From Octopus vulgaris (lineage: Eukaryota), in the NCBI GenBank assembly GCA_951406725.2, contig OX597814.1, positions 116,374,001 to 116,438,000 of the forward strand: DNA of 64,000 bases, in the 5' to 3' direction. Position 1 is the stretch's first letter. The number at the start of each line of letters is the position of its first letter. The position numbers and the translations under genes were made by a program. Of the stretch, positions 41,201-54,731 are shown piece after piece. Under the pieces are notes generated by a model that ran no database searches, was not told the origin of the DNA, and was given only the letters and a program-made list of their open reading frames with translations.

Positions 41201-41982
41201 TATACAGAGAATATTGATGAACAAAATAGGTGCTGGGTGAACGAGTGCGGCAATCAAGCGGAAAGGAATTAGGTTATTGTAAGGTAGGATGTTAAATATC
41301 AGCATCGAGTTTAAAAGTTTAAAGAATTTAAATTTAAAATTAAAGCAGTCACATAATAAGAACGACACCTAGTACGAAGTTAGAGGGCATATCAAATCGG
41401 ATATCTGGGAAAGAAAGCATCGGGAGTAATCAAGTGATTAACTATGGAATGTTAAAGGGGTGGCGATGATATTGTATTGACTTGCTTCATTTCATTCACT
41501 CTAAGATGATCATACCATCCAAAATTTTGATATCATCAGCAAACATTTAACATTTCCAGGGATGCATTTAATATGCACATTGGTATATCCATATACACTC
41601 ATTACACATTTTTGTCTCTGGTCTCATTATTTATTTACATATGCCGTTGCTAAATGAAACATAGCAGCAAAAAAGTCAGTGCTGGGTCTAATTTCTGTAG
41701 AAATAACCTTCACAACATTACACACACATATATACATACATACATATATATATATATACACACACACACACATATATATATACATACATATATATATATA
41801 CATACATATATATATATATATATATACATACACACACATATCTCTTTCTCTCTCTCTCTCTCTCTCCATATATGTATATATATATATATATTACTCTACC
41901 CCTGGTATTTGAGTACTCTTTTTTCCACCTTGTTTCACATTTATGTGTTTACTCCGGTATATATATATATATATATATATAT

Positions 41983-42037
<55 letters not shown>

Positions 42038-42401
42038 ATATGTATATATATATGTATATATAGGTTAGCAGTAAGTAGTGCGTTCCGTTACGTGAATAAC
42101 ATTTTCAGAAGTCAAATAGGTATAGTAATAAACAAACGGATGGAAAAACATACTACATGCCCTGAATGCACAGACTAACGGAGAACAATCACAGAAGGTC
42201 AGCAGTTCCTCATCAGGTATCGGCCAAAATGCCGAGTGCAATTTCGTGCTACTATCAACTATATTGCATCCTCCCTGGAGGTATCCTGCAAGGAAACTTG
42301 TAGGGAATGCGACCAAAACTTAACAAAACCAGACTGACAAACAAAGAGGAACGAGGGAATAAAAATATGAATACAAAGAAAAAGAATAATACATACACTC
42401 T

Positions 42402-42469
<68 letters not shown>

Positions 42470-42607
42470 GATATATAATTATATGTGTATGTGTGTGTGT
42501 CTAGTCCTACGTATGCACCCGGAGTCACATAAAAGGGCAGCAGTTTATGGCAGCATTGCCGACACAAAATTGAATATGCTTATAAGAATTTATTTTACGT
42601 TTTCTAT

Positions 42608-42764
42608 CAGGAGCGGACTGAAAGTATTAAGGGCCCTCAGGGATAACAGTTACCAGGCCCCTTTGAATGTGTGTTTTAGTAGATTTAACATGTAGAGTGC
42701 AGGCCACTAAAAGCTCCAGGCCATCTGGCGGTGCCCGAATGACCGACGGCTCAGTCCGCCCCTG
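42608..42764. mobile_element. hAT-like MITE
   Basis: TIRs CAGGAGCGGACTGA / TCAGTCCGCCCCTG; degenerate 8-bp flanks TTTTCTAT / TTTCGTAT. Confidence 0.6.
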
Positions 42765-43607
42765 TTTCGTATTGAAATCCATACTTTGTTGTAATTATTA
42801 TTTATATCCCAAATGTCAATAAACTAAGAATCATTCAACTACTGGAAACGATGTAGACGTAGACACGCTTGAGGATACTGACAGACAACGGTCTCAGCGG
42901 TAAACGATTGAAACCAGTATTATAATAAGAAAATGAAAGTTGTATTACAGTTTTTTGCCTTCTCATTCCTCTGCTCTCTCTAGCTCTCTTATTCTTTATA
43001 GATATCTGTGTGTGTGCGTGCGCGCGAGTGTGTGTGTGTATGTGTGTGTTTGTTTGTGTGTGTGTGTACGTGTGGTTTAGTGTGCTGCGTTTTGAAATTG
43101 AGTCGCTCAGAAAACATGTTGCCGAGGAAGAAGCGAAGGAAAAAAACAATGGATGCTGGTGAATAACTTCACTGTCGTCCATCCTTTGTTGAAAACACTC
43201 TCTTCACTGTCTCTTTTGTTTCTGCGTTCAAATTCCACCGAGATCAGTTTTGTATTTCATCCTTTCGATGCCGATAAAACAAAGCACCTGTGAAGTACTC
43301 GATGTAATCTACTAACGCCTGTTAGATGAATATGGAGTTATTATATCGGGCAGGGCTTATGGAGGAGAGGCATAGCTAAAGAAAACGGAACTCAGAATAT
43401 TATATTGATCTCTGGGTATAGGAAAAACAAATCAGGGCCTTGTGAGAATTGAAACGAGCACATAAGATGTTCTCTTTGTAGAGTACAGTATTCTACCACT
43501 GTAATAATTCTGTAAGCCAACATATATTCTAACATGTTTTACAAATATTTGGTATGAATTCATCGGAACAGGACCTTTTTCTTATTAATATTGTTCTCGA
43601 GAAGAAG

Positions 43608-44680
43608 AAGGCGAGCTGGCAGAAACTCTAGCACACCGGGCGAAATGCTTAGCGGTATTTCGCCTGCCATTACGTTCTGAGTTCAAATTCCGCCGAGGTT
43701 GACTTTGCCTTTCATCCTTTCGGGGTCGATTAAATAAGTACCAATTACGCACTGGGGTCGATATAATCGACTTAATCCGTTTGTCTGCTCTTGTTTGTCC
43801 TCTCTGTGTTTAGCCCCTTGTGGGTAGCAAAGAAACAGGTATTTCGCCTGCCACTACGTTCTGAGTTCAAATTCCGCCGAGGTCGACTTTGCCTTTCATC
43901 CTTTCGGGGTCGATTAAATAAGTACCAGTTTCGTACTGGGTTCGATATAATCGACTTAATCCGTTTGTCTGCCCTTGTTTGTCTCCTCTTTGTGTAGCCC
44001 CTTGTGGGCAGTAAAGAAATAAGAAACGTTAGTACGCCGGGCGAAATGCTAAGCGTTATTTCGTCTATCTTTACGTTCTGAATTCAAATCTCGCCGAGGT
44101 GGACTTTGCCTTTCATCATTTCGGGGTCGATAAATTAAGCACCAGTTGCGTACTGGAGTCGATCTAATCGACTAGCCCCCTCCACTAAAATTTCGGGCCT
44201 TGCGCCTAGAGTAGAAAACAATATTGTTCTCGAGAAGAAGGTGATGAGCGAGCAGAATTGCTAGCTCGCAGGGGAAAATACTTAGCGGTGATTTGTCCGT
44301 CTTTACGTTCTGAGTTCAAATTTTTCCGCGGTCGACTATGCCTTCCATCATATCGGGGCCGATAAAATAAGTACCAGTTGAGAATTGGTGTCGATTTTAT
44401 CCACTTTATCCCCTCTCCCAATACTGCCAGCTTTGTGTCAGAATTTGAAACCAATATTATTCACAAAAAGAAAGGCGGTGAGCTGGTGGAATCGTTAGCT
44501 TGTCGGGCAGAATGCTTAGCGGCAATTCGCTTGTCTTTATATTCTGAATTCAAATTCCGCGCTTAGATCGACTTCAGCTTTCACCCTTTCGTTGACGATA
44601 AAATAAGTCATAGACTAATTCCTGCGCCGAAATTGCTGGTCTTGTGCCACAATTTGAGCCCAATAATTTTTCTCTCGAAG
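43608..44680 (+). mobile_element. Tandem/nested array of family-3 SINE-like elements
   Basis: Five copies of the core GTTCTGAGTTCAAATTCCGCCGAGGTCGACTTTGCCTTTCATCCTTTCGGGGTCGAT; 21-bp direct repeat at 43587 and 44220. Confidence 0.9.
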
Positions 44681-44687
44681 GTGGCAG

Positions 44688-44893
44688 TTACTCTTTTACT
44701 CTTTTACTTGTTTCAGTCTGTTGACTGCGGCCATGCTGGAGAACCGCCTTTAGTCGAGGAAGTCGACCCCAGGACTTATTCTTTGTAAGCCTAGAACTTA
44801 TTCTATCGGTCTCTTTTGTCGAACCGCTAAATTACGGCGACGCAAATACAACAGCATCGGTTGTCAAGCGATGTTGGGAGGGGACAAACACAG

Positions 44894-44942
<49 letters not shown>

Positions 44943-45092
44943 CGACGGCCTTCTTTCAGTTTGTGTCTACCAAATCCACTCGCAAGGCTTTGGTCGGCCC
45001 GAGGCTATAGTAGAAGGTGCGACGCTGTGGGACTGAACTCGGAACCATGTTGTTCGTAAGCAAGCTACATACCACACAGCCACTCCTGCGCC
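44688..45092 (-). mobile_element. Family-1 SINE
   Basis: Head and tail match the family. Confidence 0.9.
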
Positions 45093-45641
45093 TATAAAAG
45101 TAAAGACAGACGAAATACAGCTAACTATTCCGTCCAGCGCACTAACGCTTCTGCCAGCTCGCCGCCTTTTCGTTCTGAGTTGAAATTCCACCAATGTCAG
45201 TTTTGCATTTCTTCCTTTCGATGTCGATAATAATAAGTACTAGTGAACTGCTCGATGTAATCTACTAACCCCTGCCTCTAAAATTGTATGCCTTGAGCAA
45301 AAATTTGAAACCATAATTGCTGCTGTCCTTATCACTCTGTTTGTTGATGCAGTATATCGTGATTTTATATATCAAACATTTTATTGGACAGCATAGCGTA
45401 CACAGCGTTGTTGTTTATAAGAGGTCGATCGATACATGTTTTAAAACTAACTGCGCTCAGAATTGGAGAGGACATTCAAAAGCATGTAAGAAATTAATGC
45501 GTAGTAATCAGTTATTGGACATTCTTATTATCTGATCCGTAATCAGATAAAAGACACATAAAGTCACCCATCAATTTCTCTTTTTTTGATCTGCAGATCT
45601 CTCCGGGATACAAGATTAAATAATTGGTTTTCACATGTACA

Positions 45642-45797
45642 GATCCATCCATCATTCCATCCATCAATCCACTCGTCTGTCAATCCACTCGTCCAACCAT
45701 CAATCCATCCATCCATCCATCCATCCATCCACCCATCCATCCATCCATCCATCCATCCATCCATCCATCCATCCATCCATCCATCTATCCATCCATC
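45642..45797. repeat. (CCAT)n microsatellite
   Basis: Directly visible. Confidence 0.9.
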
Positions 45798-46014
45798 AGT
45801 GTGTATGTATATATTTATGTGTGTACATTATTATATTTTATAGAAAGTTGTTATATAAGCCCGGATCGATGCGAGAAATCACAAAATAACCTTCTAAAGG
45901 AGAGGAAAACAGAACAAAATTGCCCCTTTACCTTGCATTGCAATATTTTGGGGGTGAAGACCCCCTTCTTCAGGACATTTAGAAAAAGCAGTAGTTGGGA
46001 AAAATTGTTGTTCA

Positions 46015-46399
46015 GGCGCAGGAGTGGCTGTGTCGTAAGTAGCTTGCTTACCAACCACATGGTTCCGGGTTCAGTCCCACTGCGTGGCATCTTGGACAAG
46101 TGTCTTCTGTTATAGCCTCGGGCCGACCAATGCCTTGTGAGTAGATTTGGTAGACGGAAACTGAAAGAAGCCTGTCGTATATATGTATATATATGTATGT
46201 GTGTATATGTTTGTGTGTCTGTGTTTGACAACCGATGCTGGTGTGTTTACGTCTCCGTCACTTAGCGGTTCGGCAAAAGAGACCGATAGAATAAGTACTA
46301 GGCTTACAAAGAATAAGTCCCGGGGTCGATTTGCTCGACTAAAGGCGGTGCTCCAGCATAGCCGCAGTCAAATGACTGAAACAAGTAAAAGAAAGAAAG
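46015..46399 (+). mobile_element. Family-1 SINE inserted in a PLE 3' region
   Basis: GGCGCAGGAGTGGCTGTG head, GGGTTCAGTCCC B box, conserved tail. Confidence 0.92.
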
Positions 46400-46995
46400 T
46401 TGTGAGTGGGGGAAAGAGGAAGGTGACATGCGCAGACTGGTGTTGCTATAGTAAGCAGTTTGCTTCGTGTAGTTCCTTCTTGTTCATGGTTGGTCTCTAT
46501 TTGTTTATAAGGAGGGCTTCCATATTTCTGAGGATGCCCCTGTTGCGTTGGGTCGCCCTTATGAAAACTGTGAAATTCTGGGTTTGGCACTCCTTAATGT
46601 GATTCTTTATTCAAGTGTTCGTGTGCATATGCTTCTTATTCGGATGTGCAGTTTCCTAGTGTTGCACCCTATGCTGGATGTTCCACATCTATTGCAGGCA
46701 ACTTTGTATACCACATGGGTCCTCGAGCATGTTTTGATGCCATTGATGAGGCATTTAGTAAGAGTGCACCTCACACTGTTCTCTGTGATATTTTTCTTCG
46801 ACAGACCTTTCTCCAGGGATGGACCAGTGTGTAGCAAGTGTATGTTGGGTCCCCTCCAGCGGACAACATGTTGAAGAGCTGCAGTTGTTCTGTTGTCCAA
46901 GTAGGGCAGTTTAATGAAGCACTTTTCCGAATTTCTGTACTGGCCTTTCTTACCGGTTATTCTTGAATACTCAGGAATAACTCGTAACACCTGCA
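46400..46995 (-). mobile_element. Penelope-like GIY-YIG endonuclease / 3' end
   Basis: IKLPYL..HVVYKVACNRCGTSSIGCNTRKLHIRI..MEALLI. Confidence 0.85.
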
Positions 46996-46999
46996 GCTC

Positions 47000-47545
47000 T
47001 TCAGCATGTCATCCGCAGGAAGGGACACGGCATACACTTGCTATACACTGGTCCATCAGTGAGGAAAGTTCTGTCGAGTAAAATTACAATACAAAGCACC
47101 GTGGGGTTCACACTCACCGACTGCATCAACAGCTTCATCAACGACATCAAAACATACTCGGGGGTCTATGTTGTATACGAAGATGCCTGCAGTAAATGTG
47201 GGGCATTCTACATAGGGAACACCACTAGGAAACTATACAACCGATTAAAGAGAATATGCAAACAGGCACTTCAATAAAGAAACGCCTTAAGAAGCGCCAA
47301 ACCCGGAACTTTACAGTTTCAATGAAGGTACTCCAACGCAACAGGGGCGATCTCAGAATTATGGAAGCGCTCCTTATAATCAAATTGAGACCAGTCATGA
47401 ACAACAACAACAAAAAGAATTAAGCGACGCAGACTGGTTGCTATAGCAACACCAGTCCGCGCATATCACCTTCCTCCCTCCAATTCGTCCCTCACCCACA
47501 CACATCTGAGCAAAGACTTTTTCCAGCTATTGTTTTTTCCCAAAT
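47000..47545 (+). mobile_element. Second, diverged PLE GIY-YIG / 3' end, inverted relative to the first
   Basis: VVYEDACSKCGAFYIGNTTRKLYNRL..MEALLIIKLRPVMN; 3' UTR homologous to the left copy. Confidence 0.85.
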
Positions 47546-48504
47546 GTTCTCACGTGAGACACAGAAATACAAGGCTTACCTCGATAAGGGTTTGTTTACA
47601 CACATGGAAACTTATATATATTTTTGCTAACGTGTTTTATACATATCGATGACCATGTATGCAAAGTAAGTCACAGAAAGGGTCATTAAAGGGACAGTCA
47701 ATAAATGAATATTTAACTGCTTCCCAGCCTGCTTGTGAAAGTTCATGTTGTCAAACGTCGAAGCTGGTTTCTTTAGTTTTCATATATTGCAAATTAAGAT
47801 TGCAAATGGTGCATAAGTGGTCGGATTGTATTAGATCTATTACACTTTTGTCGTGTCTCGTTTCAAGCACAATTTGAGATAAGAAAAATGAAACATGCCT
47901 TGAGATATAAAGTATCTCTCTTGTTATGGTCGACTTGCCTTTCCTGTTATTATTATAGTTCTGCTTCTTCTTCCCCTTCTTCTTTTTCCCTTCTCCCTCT
48001 TCTTACCACTAAAAGTTTAACGCCAACATAATATAATTAAGGAAGTAACGTGACTGTGTCCAGCTCAACGGCCATAGTTAGATAACCTTTCGGCTTCCAT
48101 CTTCGAATCTGATGATATCTCCATAAAATCATGCACCACTCGATTCTTTTCCCCGTATCTTTCATTTTATATCTAACAGTTCAGCCACTACATTAACAGT
48201 TATGCCTAGTCCTTCCTCATCACGATGTCGATTCTCTTGAATTCTCACAGTTCATATGGATTATTTGCAGCCCTCTTTGAAACACTTTTAATGGAAATTT
48301 ATCGATACCAACCTCACTGCGCTTCTAGGCCTGCTAAGAGCATGGGCATTTCACCTAAAGTTCTGGAGCATGTAAAAAAAAGAAAGAAAATAGCGTGTAC
48401 TTCACATATAAAAAGCTTCAGGAACGAATAAATACTTCTCCACATCTTATAATAAGTAGGCCTTTATAGTTTGTAGACATAAAAGCTATTTCAGACCCTT
48501 TCTA

Positions 48505-48600
<96 letters not shown>

Positions 48601-48626
48601 TGTGTGTGTATAAATATTTATATGTA

Positions 48627-49193
48627 CAAGGAGGGAGTCAAAAAGTAATGCCATTTTGTTTAGGACAGGTATAATTACCAACACAGGAACATGTATCATA
48701 CATCAAAATGAAGCTGGTCCTCTGTGAATCACATCCTTACTCCTCAACATAGTCACCGTTTCTCTCGGTAGCAATGTTCCACCTTCGAATGAGAGCATTT
48801 ATCCCTGCCCCGTAAAATTCCGTTGACTGTTCTTTGAGCCACTTCTTCACTACAGTTTCCACTTCCTGGTCACTGAAATAATGTTTGCCTCTCGAACCCT
48901 CTTTCATGGGGCCGAAGAAATGATAGTCCAGTGACGATGATAGTCCAGTGACGAGAAAGTGAAAACTGTAGTGAAGAAGTGGCTCAAAGAACAGTCAACA
49001 GAATTTTACAGGGCAGGGATATATGCTCTCTTTCGAAGGTGGAACACTGTTATTGAGAAAAACAGTGACTATGTTGAGAAGTAGGGATGTGATCCACAGA
49101 GGACCAGCTTCATTTTGATGTATTATACATGTTTCTGTGTTGGTAATTATACCTGTCCTCAACAAAATGGCATTACGTTTTGACTCATCCTCG
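48627..49193. mobile_element. mariner-derived MITE made of two 3' ends joined head-to-head
   Basis: TA flanks; about 250-bp inverted arms each encoding a transposase C-terminus (VKKWLKEQSTEFY..GI..L..RW..DYVE); 17-bp tandem duplication at the junction. Confidence 0.9.
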
Positions 49194-50283
49194 TATAAGC
49201 GAGTGCGAAGACTGAATCCTGGACATTACTGTCGCGAGTCCTTGGCCTTATAGAGACAGTTACCTGATTTTCTTGAGGGATAATTGATCGAAAACAAAGC
49301 ATTACCTCTGAATGTGACATTAGTCCGTCGTAAGTTTCCTCATTTGCAGCTAAGTTGACTGCGACAACGTTAAACAGAATGTTATTCCTCACGAACATAA
49401 CCTACCAACCTGTATTGGAATCGAAACCAAGTTGCTACGAACATGAATGAAATACCATAAACACTCGATCATGCCATTGAATGGATACAAGAAATTATCC
49501 AAATTTGTACGCCACTGTGCTACATTCTGAAACAGCAATCATGCATACCCTCTCATACACAGATACTAAAACACTTAGTTGCTAAGCTACCCCAGTGTAT
49601 TATTAGCATCATGTTTAGGCAAGGCACTAATTAGGATACATACATATATATATAGATCGATATTCCCTGTCATCACTGTATATATTATTTGTTATCATAT
49701 ACCTCGTATATCATTGAACATACTTAACTTCAACGATTTTATATGCAATATCTATAATTTGATTCGTTTCATTGTTTTCTGTGGTTTTCTCTTAAGGTAA
49801 ATTAGTCTAAAGTGCTTTCTATTTTCAATGGGCTGCGAATGATACCTTTCGACATACGGCTATATCTAGTTCCGCGGAAAATTGTATTGTGCATTGATAA
49901 TTGAAAATATGAATCTCCCGCAACTTTCAAACAATAGAATTGAGTGGAACAAATAACAATCTGAGTAGGTGGTGACATTTGTATGCTGGTTCTCACAAGT
50001 CTTGCCTCCTTAGAATAAATACATATATTTTCCATCATATTTTGTTCGTTACTTTGTAACTACAATCTAAATCCCCATGTAATAATAGCTTCAGTATTAT
50101 TTATTTATACTAAATCCTCTTCATTCGACTGAAATATCGACTGAGCTAAATGGAAATGTCTAGCTTTTTCTTATAAACTGTTGAACAATAATGAACTATA
50201 CTATGTGGAAGGTCTAGAAAATAACTTGAAATTTCCACTAATGACACATAAGATTATACTTAATTGTCAACTTCATTTGAGTC

Positions 50284-50590
50284 AATATCACGTTATCACG
50301 TGACCGACCAGGCTATCAGATGTTGCGACACATCACTGGCCACAATGCGCTTCGCATTGTTTTAGCCTTCAATTGACGCCACCCCGCTGCCTAAACGAGC
50401 AGGCCAACAGAAGAAAGAATGAGAGAAAGTTGCGGCGAAAGAATACAGCAGGGATCGCGACCATCCCCTGCTGGAGCCTCGTGAATCTTTAGGTGTTTTC
50501 GCTCAATAAACATTCAAAACGCCCGGTCTGGAAAACGAAACCACGAACCGCGAGTCCTCTGCCCTATCCACTGGGCCATTGCGCCTCCAC
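50284..50590 (-). mobile_element. Family-2 SINE with an alternative 3' tail
   Basis: Head GTGGAGGCGCAATGGCCCAGTGG and shared core; tail ends TCACGTGATA. Confidence 0.85.
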
Positions 50591-50964
50591 GTTGAGTCAA
50601 TATATCCAGGTTAAAACTGGGAGCGTGCCTGAGTTCCGTGATTAAATAATTAACGAAATTACAGATCCCAAACAAAGATGTCAAACAAAACCAGTGCGTG
50701 CGTTTAGTATTCACACAATGACCCTTTGGAAATGCAATAAATTATGACTCAATACAAATCACATCATGATTCTTGCAAACTAAATACTATATCGTTATTT
50801 TGTCTTCCTGGTTATGAAAATTGCAACCAAATTTAACAGCAAAGCTAAACTTGGGACGTATATTGACTTTCACGGGAACATTACAGCATATATGGAACAA
50901 TTTCATTTAGGAATTTAAGAACTAGCAAAGAAACTATCACCGACAAATATACTGCTGCAAACTC

Positions 50965-51710
50965 TCGCAAGGCCCGAAATCTTTTAGAGGGAGGGGCTAG
51001 TCGAATAGTTCGACCTCCGTAGGCAACTGGTACTTAGTTTATCGACCCCGAAAAGATGAAAGGCAAAGTCGACCGCGATGGAATTTGAACTCAGAACGTA
51101 AAGACAGACGAAATACCTATTTCTTTACTAACCACAAGGGGCTAAACACAGAGAGGACAAGAAAGGACAGACAGACGGATTAAGGCGATTATATCGACTC
51201 CAGTGCGTAACTGGTACTTAATTTATCGACCCCGGAAGAATGAAAGGCAAAGTCGAACTCGGCGAAATTTGAACTCAGAACGTAGCGGCAGACGAAATAC
51301 CTATTTCTATTTCTTTACTGCCCACAAGGGGCCAAATACAGAGGAGACAATCAAGGACAGACAGACGGTTTAAGTCGATTACATCGACCCCCAGTGCGTG
51401 AATGGTACTTAATTTATCGACCCCGAAAGGATGAAAGGCAAAGCCGACCTCGGCTGAATTTGAACTCAGAACGTAATGGCAGATGAAATAACACTAAACA
51501 TTTCACCCAGAGTGCCAACGTTTCTGCCAGCTCACCGCCTTTAAATATTCTTTTCTTCTCTAGACACAACTACCGAAATTTTGAGGAGGGGGCCAGTCGA
51601 TTAGATCCACTCCAGTACGTAACTGGTACTTAATCTATCGACCCCGAAAGGATGAAAGGTAAAGTCGACCTCGGCGGAATTTGAACTCAGAACGCAGTGA
51701 CAGACGAAAG
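50965..51710 (-). mobile_element. Tandem array of family-3 SINE-like units (four cores)
   Basis: Repeated ATCGACCCCGAAAGGATGAAAGGCAAAGTCGACC at roughly 180-220 bp spacing. Confidence 0.9.
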
Positions 51711-52000
51711 ATCCAATCGAATATTTATTTCACTTTTAGTTCTGACGGGATTACAACACACTTTTGTATCAGATTTATACAATAGCTTTTCCATCAGACA
51801 TCGTAAGTTTGTTACACCCCACACCACAGCTTACCAAGAATTAGGAAGTACGAAGTAGTATTTTTAGTTGCGTTATAAACATTTACTCAATTCAGTCACA
51901 ACAGAATTCGATAAATGGCTGAAAAGCTGATGTATCAAATTAACAGTCTTCGATGTTTTTTTCCTTTATGCATCTCCTCTGTTCCAATTTATGCTCATAT

Positions 52001-52216
52001 TCTTTTACTCTTTTACTTGTTTCAGTCATTTGACTGCGACCATACTGGAGCACCGCCTTTAGTCGAGCAAAGGACTTATTCTTTGGAAGCCTAGTACTTA
52101 TTCTATCGGTTTCTTTTGCCGAACCGCTACGTTACGGGAAGTAAACACACCATCATTAGTTGTCAAGAGATGTCGGGTGGGGGGTAGCACAGACACACCG
52201 ACATATACATTCATTT

Positions 52217-52257
<41 letters not shown>

Positions 52258-52417
52258 CATATATACGACGGGTGTCTTTCAGTTTCCGTCTACCGAACCC
52301 ACTCATAAGCCCTTGGTCGGCCCGAGTCTATAGTAGAAGACACTCGCCCAAGGAGCCACGCAGTGGGACTGAATCCGGAACCATGTGGTTCGTAAGCAAG
52401 CTACTTACCACACGGCC
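52001..52417 (-). mobile_element. Family-1 SINE
   Basis: Homologous to the other copies. Confidence 0.88.
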
Positions 52418-54731
52418 GTCTTCTTTATTTCTAGTTTCAGTTCAGTGAGGAATGTTTTACTAACAAACCGATTCAAGAGGCAGTCGTCTGAAACGTAGGT
52501 CTTCGCCACTCTTTGCTCGACATTTTGTTTTATATTTTGCTGATATTTTCATTGAAAAATATCATTGTAGTCTTTCATTATAACTGTTATGAAAATAACC
52601 TCAACTTCGGATTGATAAAATCATTAAATCTTCGGTAACTATACCTTATGGTATTTATTCAAAGCTTGTTTTCATTTATAAGATGAAGAATGATAATATT
52701 ATTTAGTTTTCTCATTTTTTCTCATTTGCAATTTGATAACATAAAAATCCAAAGCAATATCGTCATATACCTAGGTATACTCCCTGAATACTCTGATTGC
52801 CAATCCCATAATAGTGAACTTTGCCTATCTTATCTCAGAAATGGATAAGCGATGTACAAGCCAAATAACGATGTCTGTTCACTCTTCAGTTCTTCTCACG
52901 AAATAAGAGGATGTATAGTAAAGTTGGAAATCATTACCTCGAAAAATAATTGGAGATCCATTTTAACAAGAAGTCAGATGTGTATTGATTTCTACTCAAC
53001 AGAATTAGAAGTATGTTTCAGTGTTTCTTTTTCGACTTTAACGTTTCCTACACTTTCATATTTATTCAGTCGTACACCATTTTCTGAATTAATTGCGTGA
53101 AGATATGCATTACTCTATCCTGAAAGTAACTGCACGGAAAACGATAATTTGCCAAATTATAACATACACGTTGTAGGCATACGGGACTGCATTTAGATGG
53201 TACGGTTTTGGAAACGAACTTGGCATGTAAATGCTGGTACATAAAACAAAATAAAAAAAAGCAGTTTAGAATGGCTACAATTATTGGCATCTTTTTTGAA
53301 ATCCTTCCAAGGTATAACTCCGGTATTTCACTTGGAGAGGTTACGTTTTAGTCCGAGGAATATATTAAGAGACAAGAAATATTTCCTACAACGGAAAATC
53401 GATAGTTTATATCATATATTACGTTTGAATAATCAATTTATTTTCCGATTTGATTGCGTCGATTTCGAGGGAAATATTTTTGTAATGCCACAGGGTGTAT
53501 TTAATACAAAAATTGAGTTATATTAGGACTTTCATTAAGGAAATAACAAAAACAAGACAAAACAAAAAGGAAAACGCTTTTTAAATTTATGGATTGAAAA
53601 GAGAAAAAAAAAACGATTATGAAATATATATGTTAATGAAAAACATGTAACATGATAATCCAAAGAACTCAAAGATCCCTAAGGAAACAATCTTTGTTGA
53701 CAATCTGAATATTTTACATCTTAAGCCAACATTTTTTCCCTTTTAAAGAGAATGTTATCGCCTCGAGCTGACATGCATGGTTGTCATGGAAAATATATGC
53801 AGTTGAAAACATTATAAAGATACGAAAGAGAAGGATTTAAAGAAATAACTCTAAACCTGTTGCAGCATACAGTGGATATGAATTATAGATATAGACAGAT
53901 AACTATATTATGTTGAAACTGCACTGATGTTTTATGACAGATTTTGTTTTGTTAACGTTTATAAAATTTTATGCTGAACGGGAGCTATCTTGCTACTGCT
54001 GCAAACATTCCATATTTACATCCGTTTTAAATCCATTGAAAAATGAAAGAAAACCTGAAGGTGTTAGCATGAAATTCAAACAAAAATTCTCACTAATGTT
54101 CGAAAGAAACAACCCGAGTATGATAAAAGTCTATGTAAGTCTTCAAAATTTTGCATTTTTCTGATAACGTATCTTGATATTATTTGCTACGTGTTATCAG
54201 TTTTTCGTCTAATCTAATATCTTGAAGCTAGTTAAGGCTGTCTAGAAGTTCGATAAATATCAAGTTTTGCATGAGAATTTTCCTGTTATTTACTGTTTGG
54301 AAAATATAGAAGTTGAATTGATTAACATCGAATGAGATAATGTTTGCTTGTAGAGTGTTAAAAATACTGTTTACACTTAAACGATGAAGTCATGTATTAT
54401 GGTTAAATATTAACCTAAGATATTAATGCAAAATATTTATTTTACTTAAAAGAATAGGGAAAGCAAAGAACAAGGATATGTATATATTTATTTTAAAACT
54501 ATAATGTTTTAAATATGTCTCAAGTGCTAAACATAATTACCACCGAGCAGAAGTTTTAAGAATTTCGTAATAAGCACACGCAAAAATTATCCTCTGTAAT
54601 TTTACACTTCCTTAATTTCAAATTTAGGATTCTCATCACGCCATGTATAACGTATAAAAATTGATTATCTCCGTTGTTTGTAGAAGCTTCAGCTACAAAG
54701 GGAACCACGAATATATTGGGTATATTTTGGC

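Noticed and set aside
42205-42249. GAAA..TC..CTGATGAG on the minus strand as a hammerhead
   Set aside because: Stem II cannot be formed convincingly; at best decayed or permuted
43608-44680. Regularly spaced repeats as a CRISPR array
   Set aside because: Units are about 180-bp SINE-like multimers with homologous spacers, in a eukaryotic context with no cas genes
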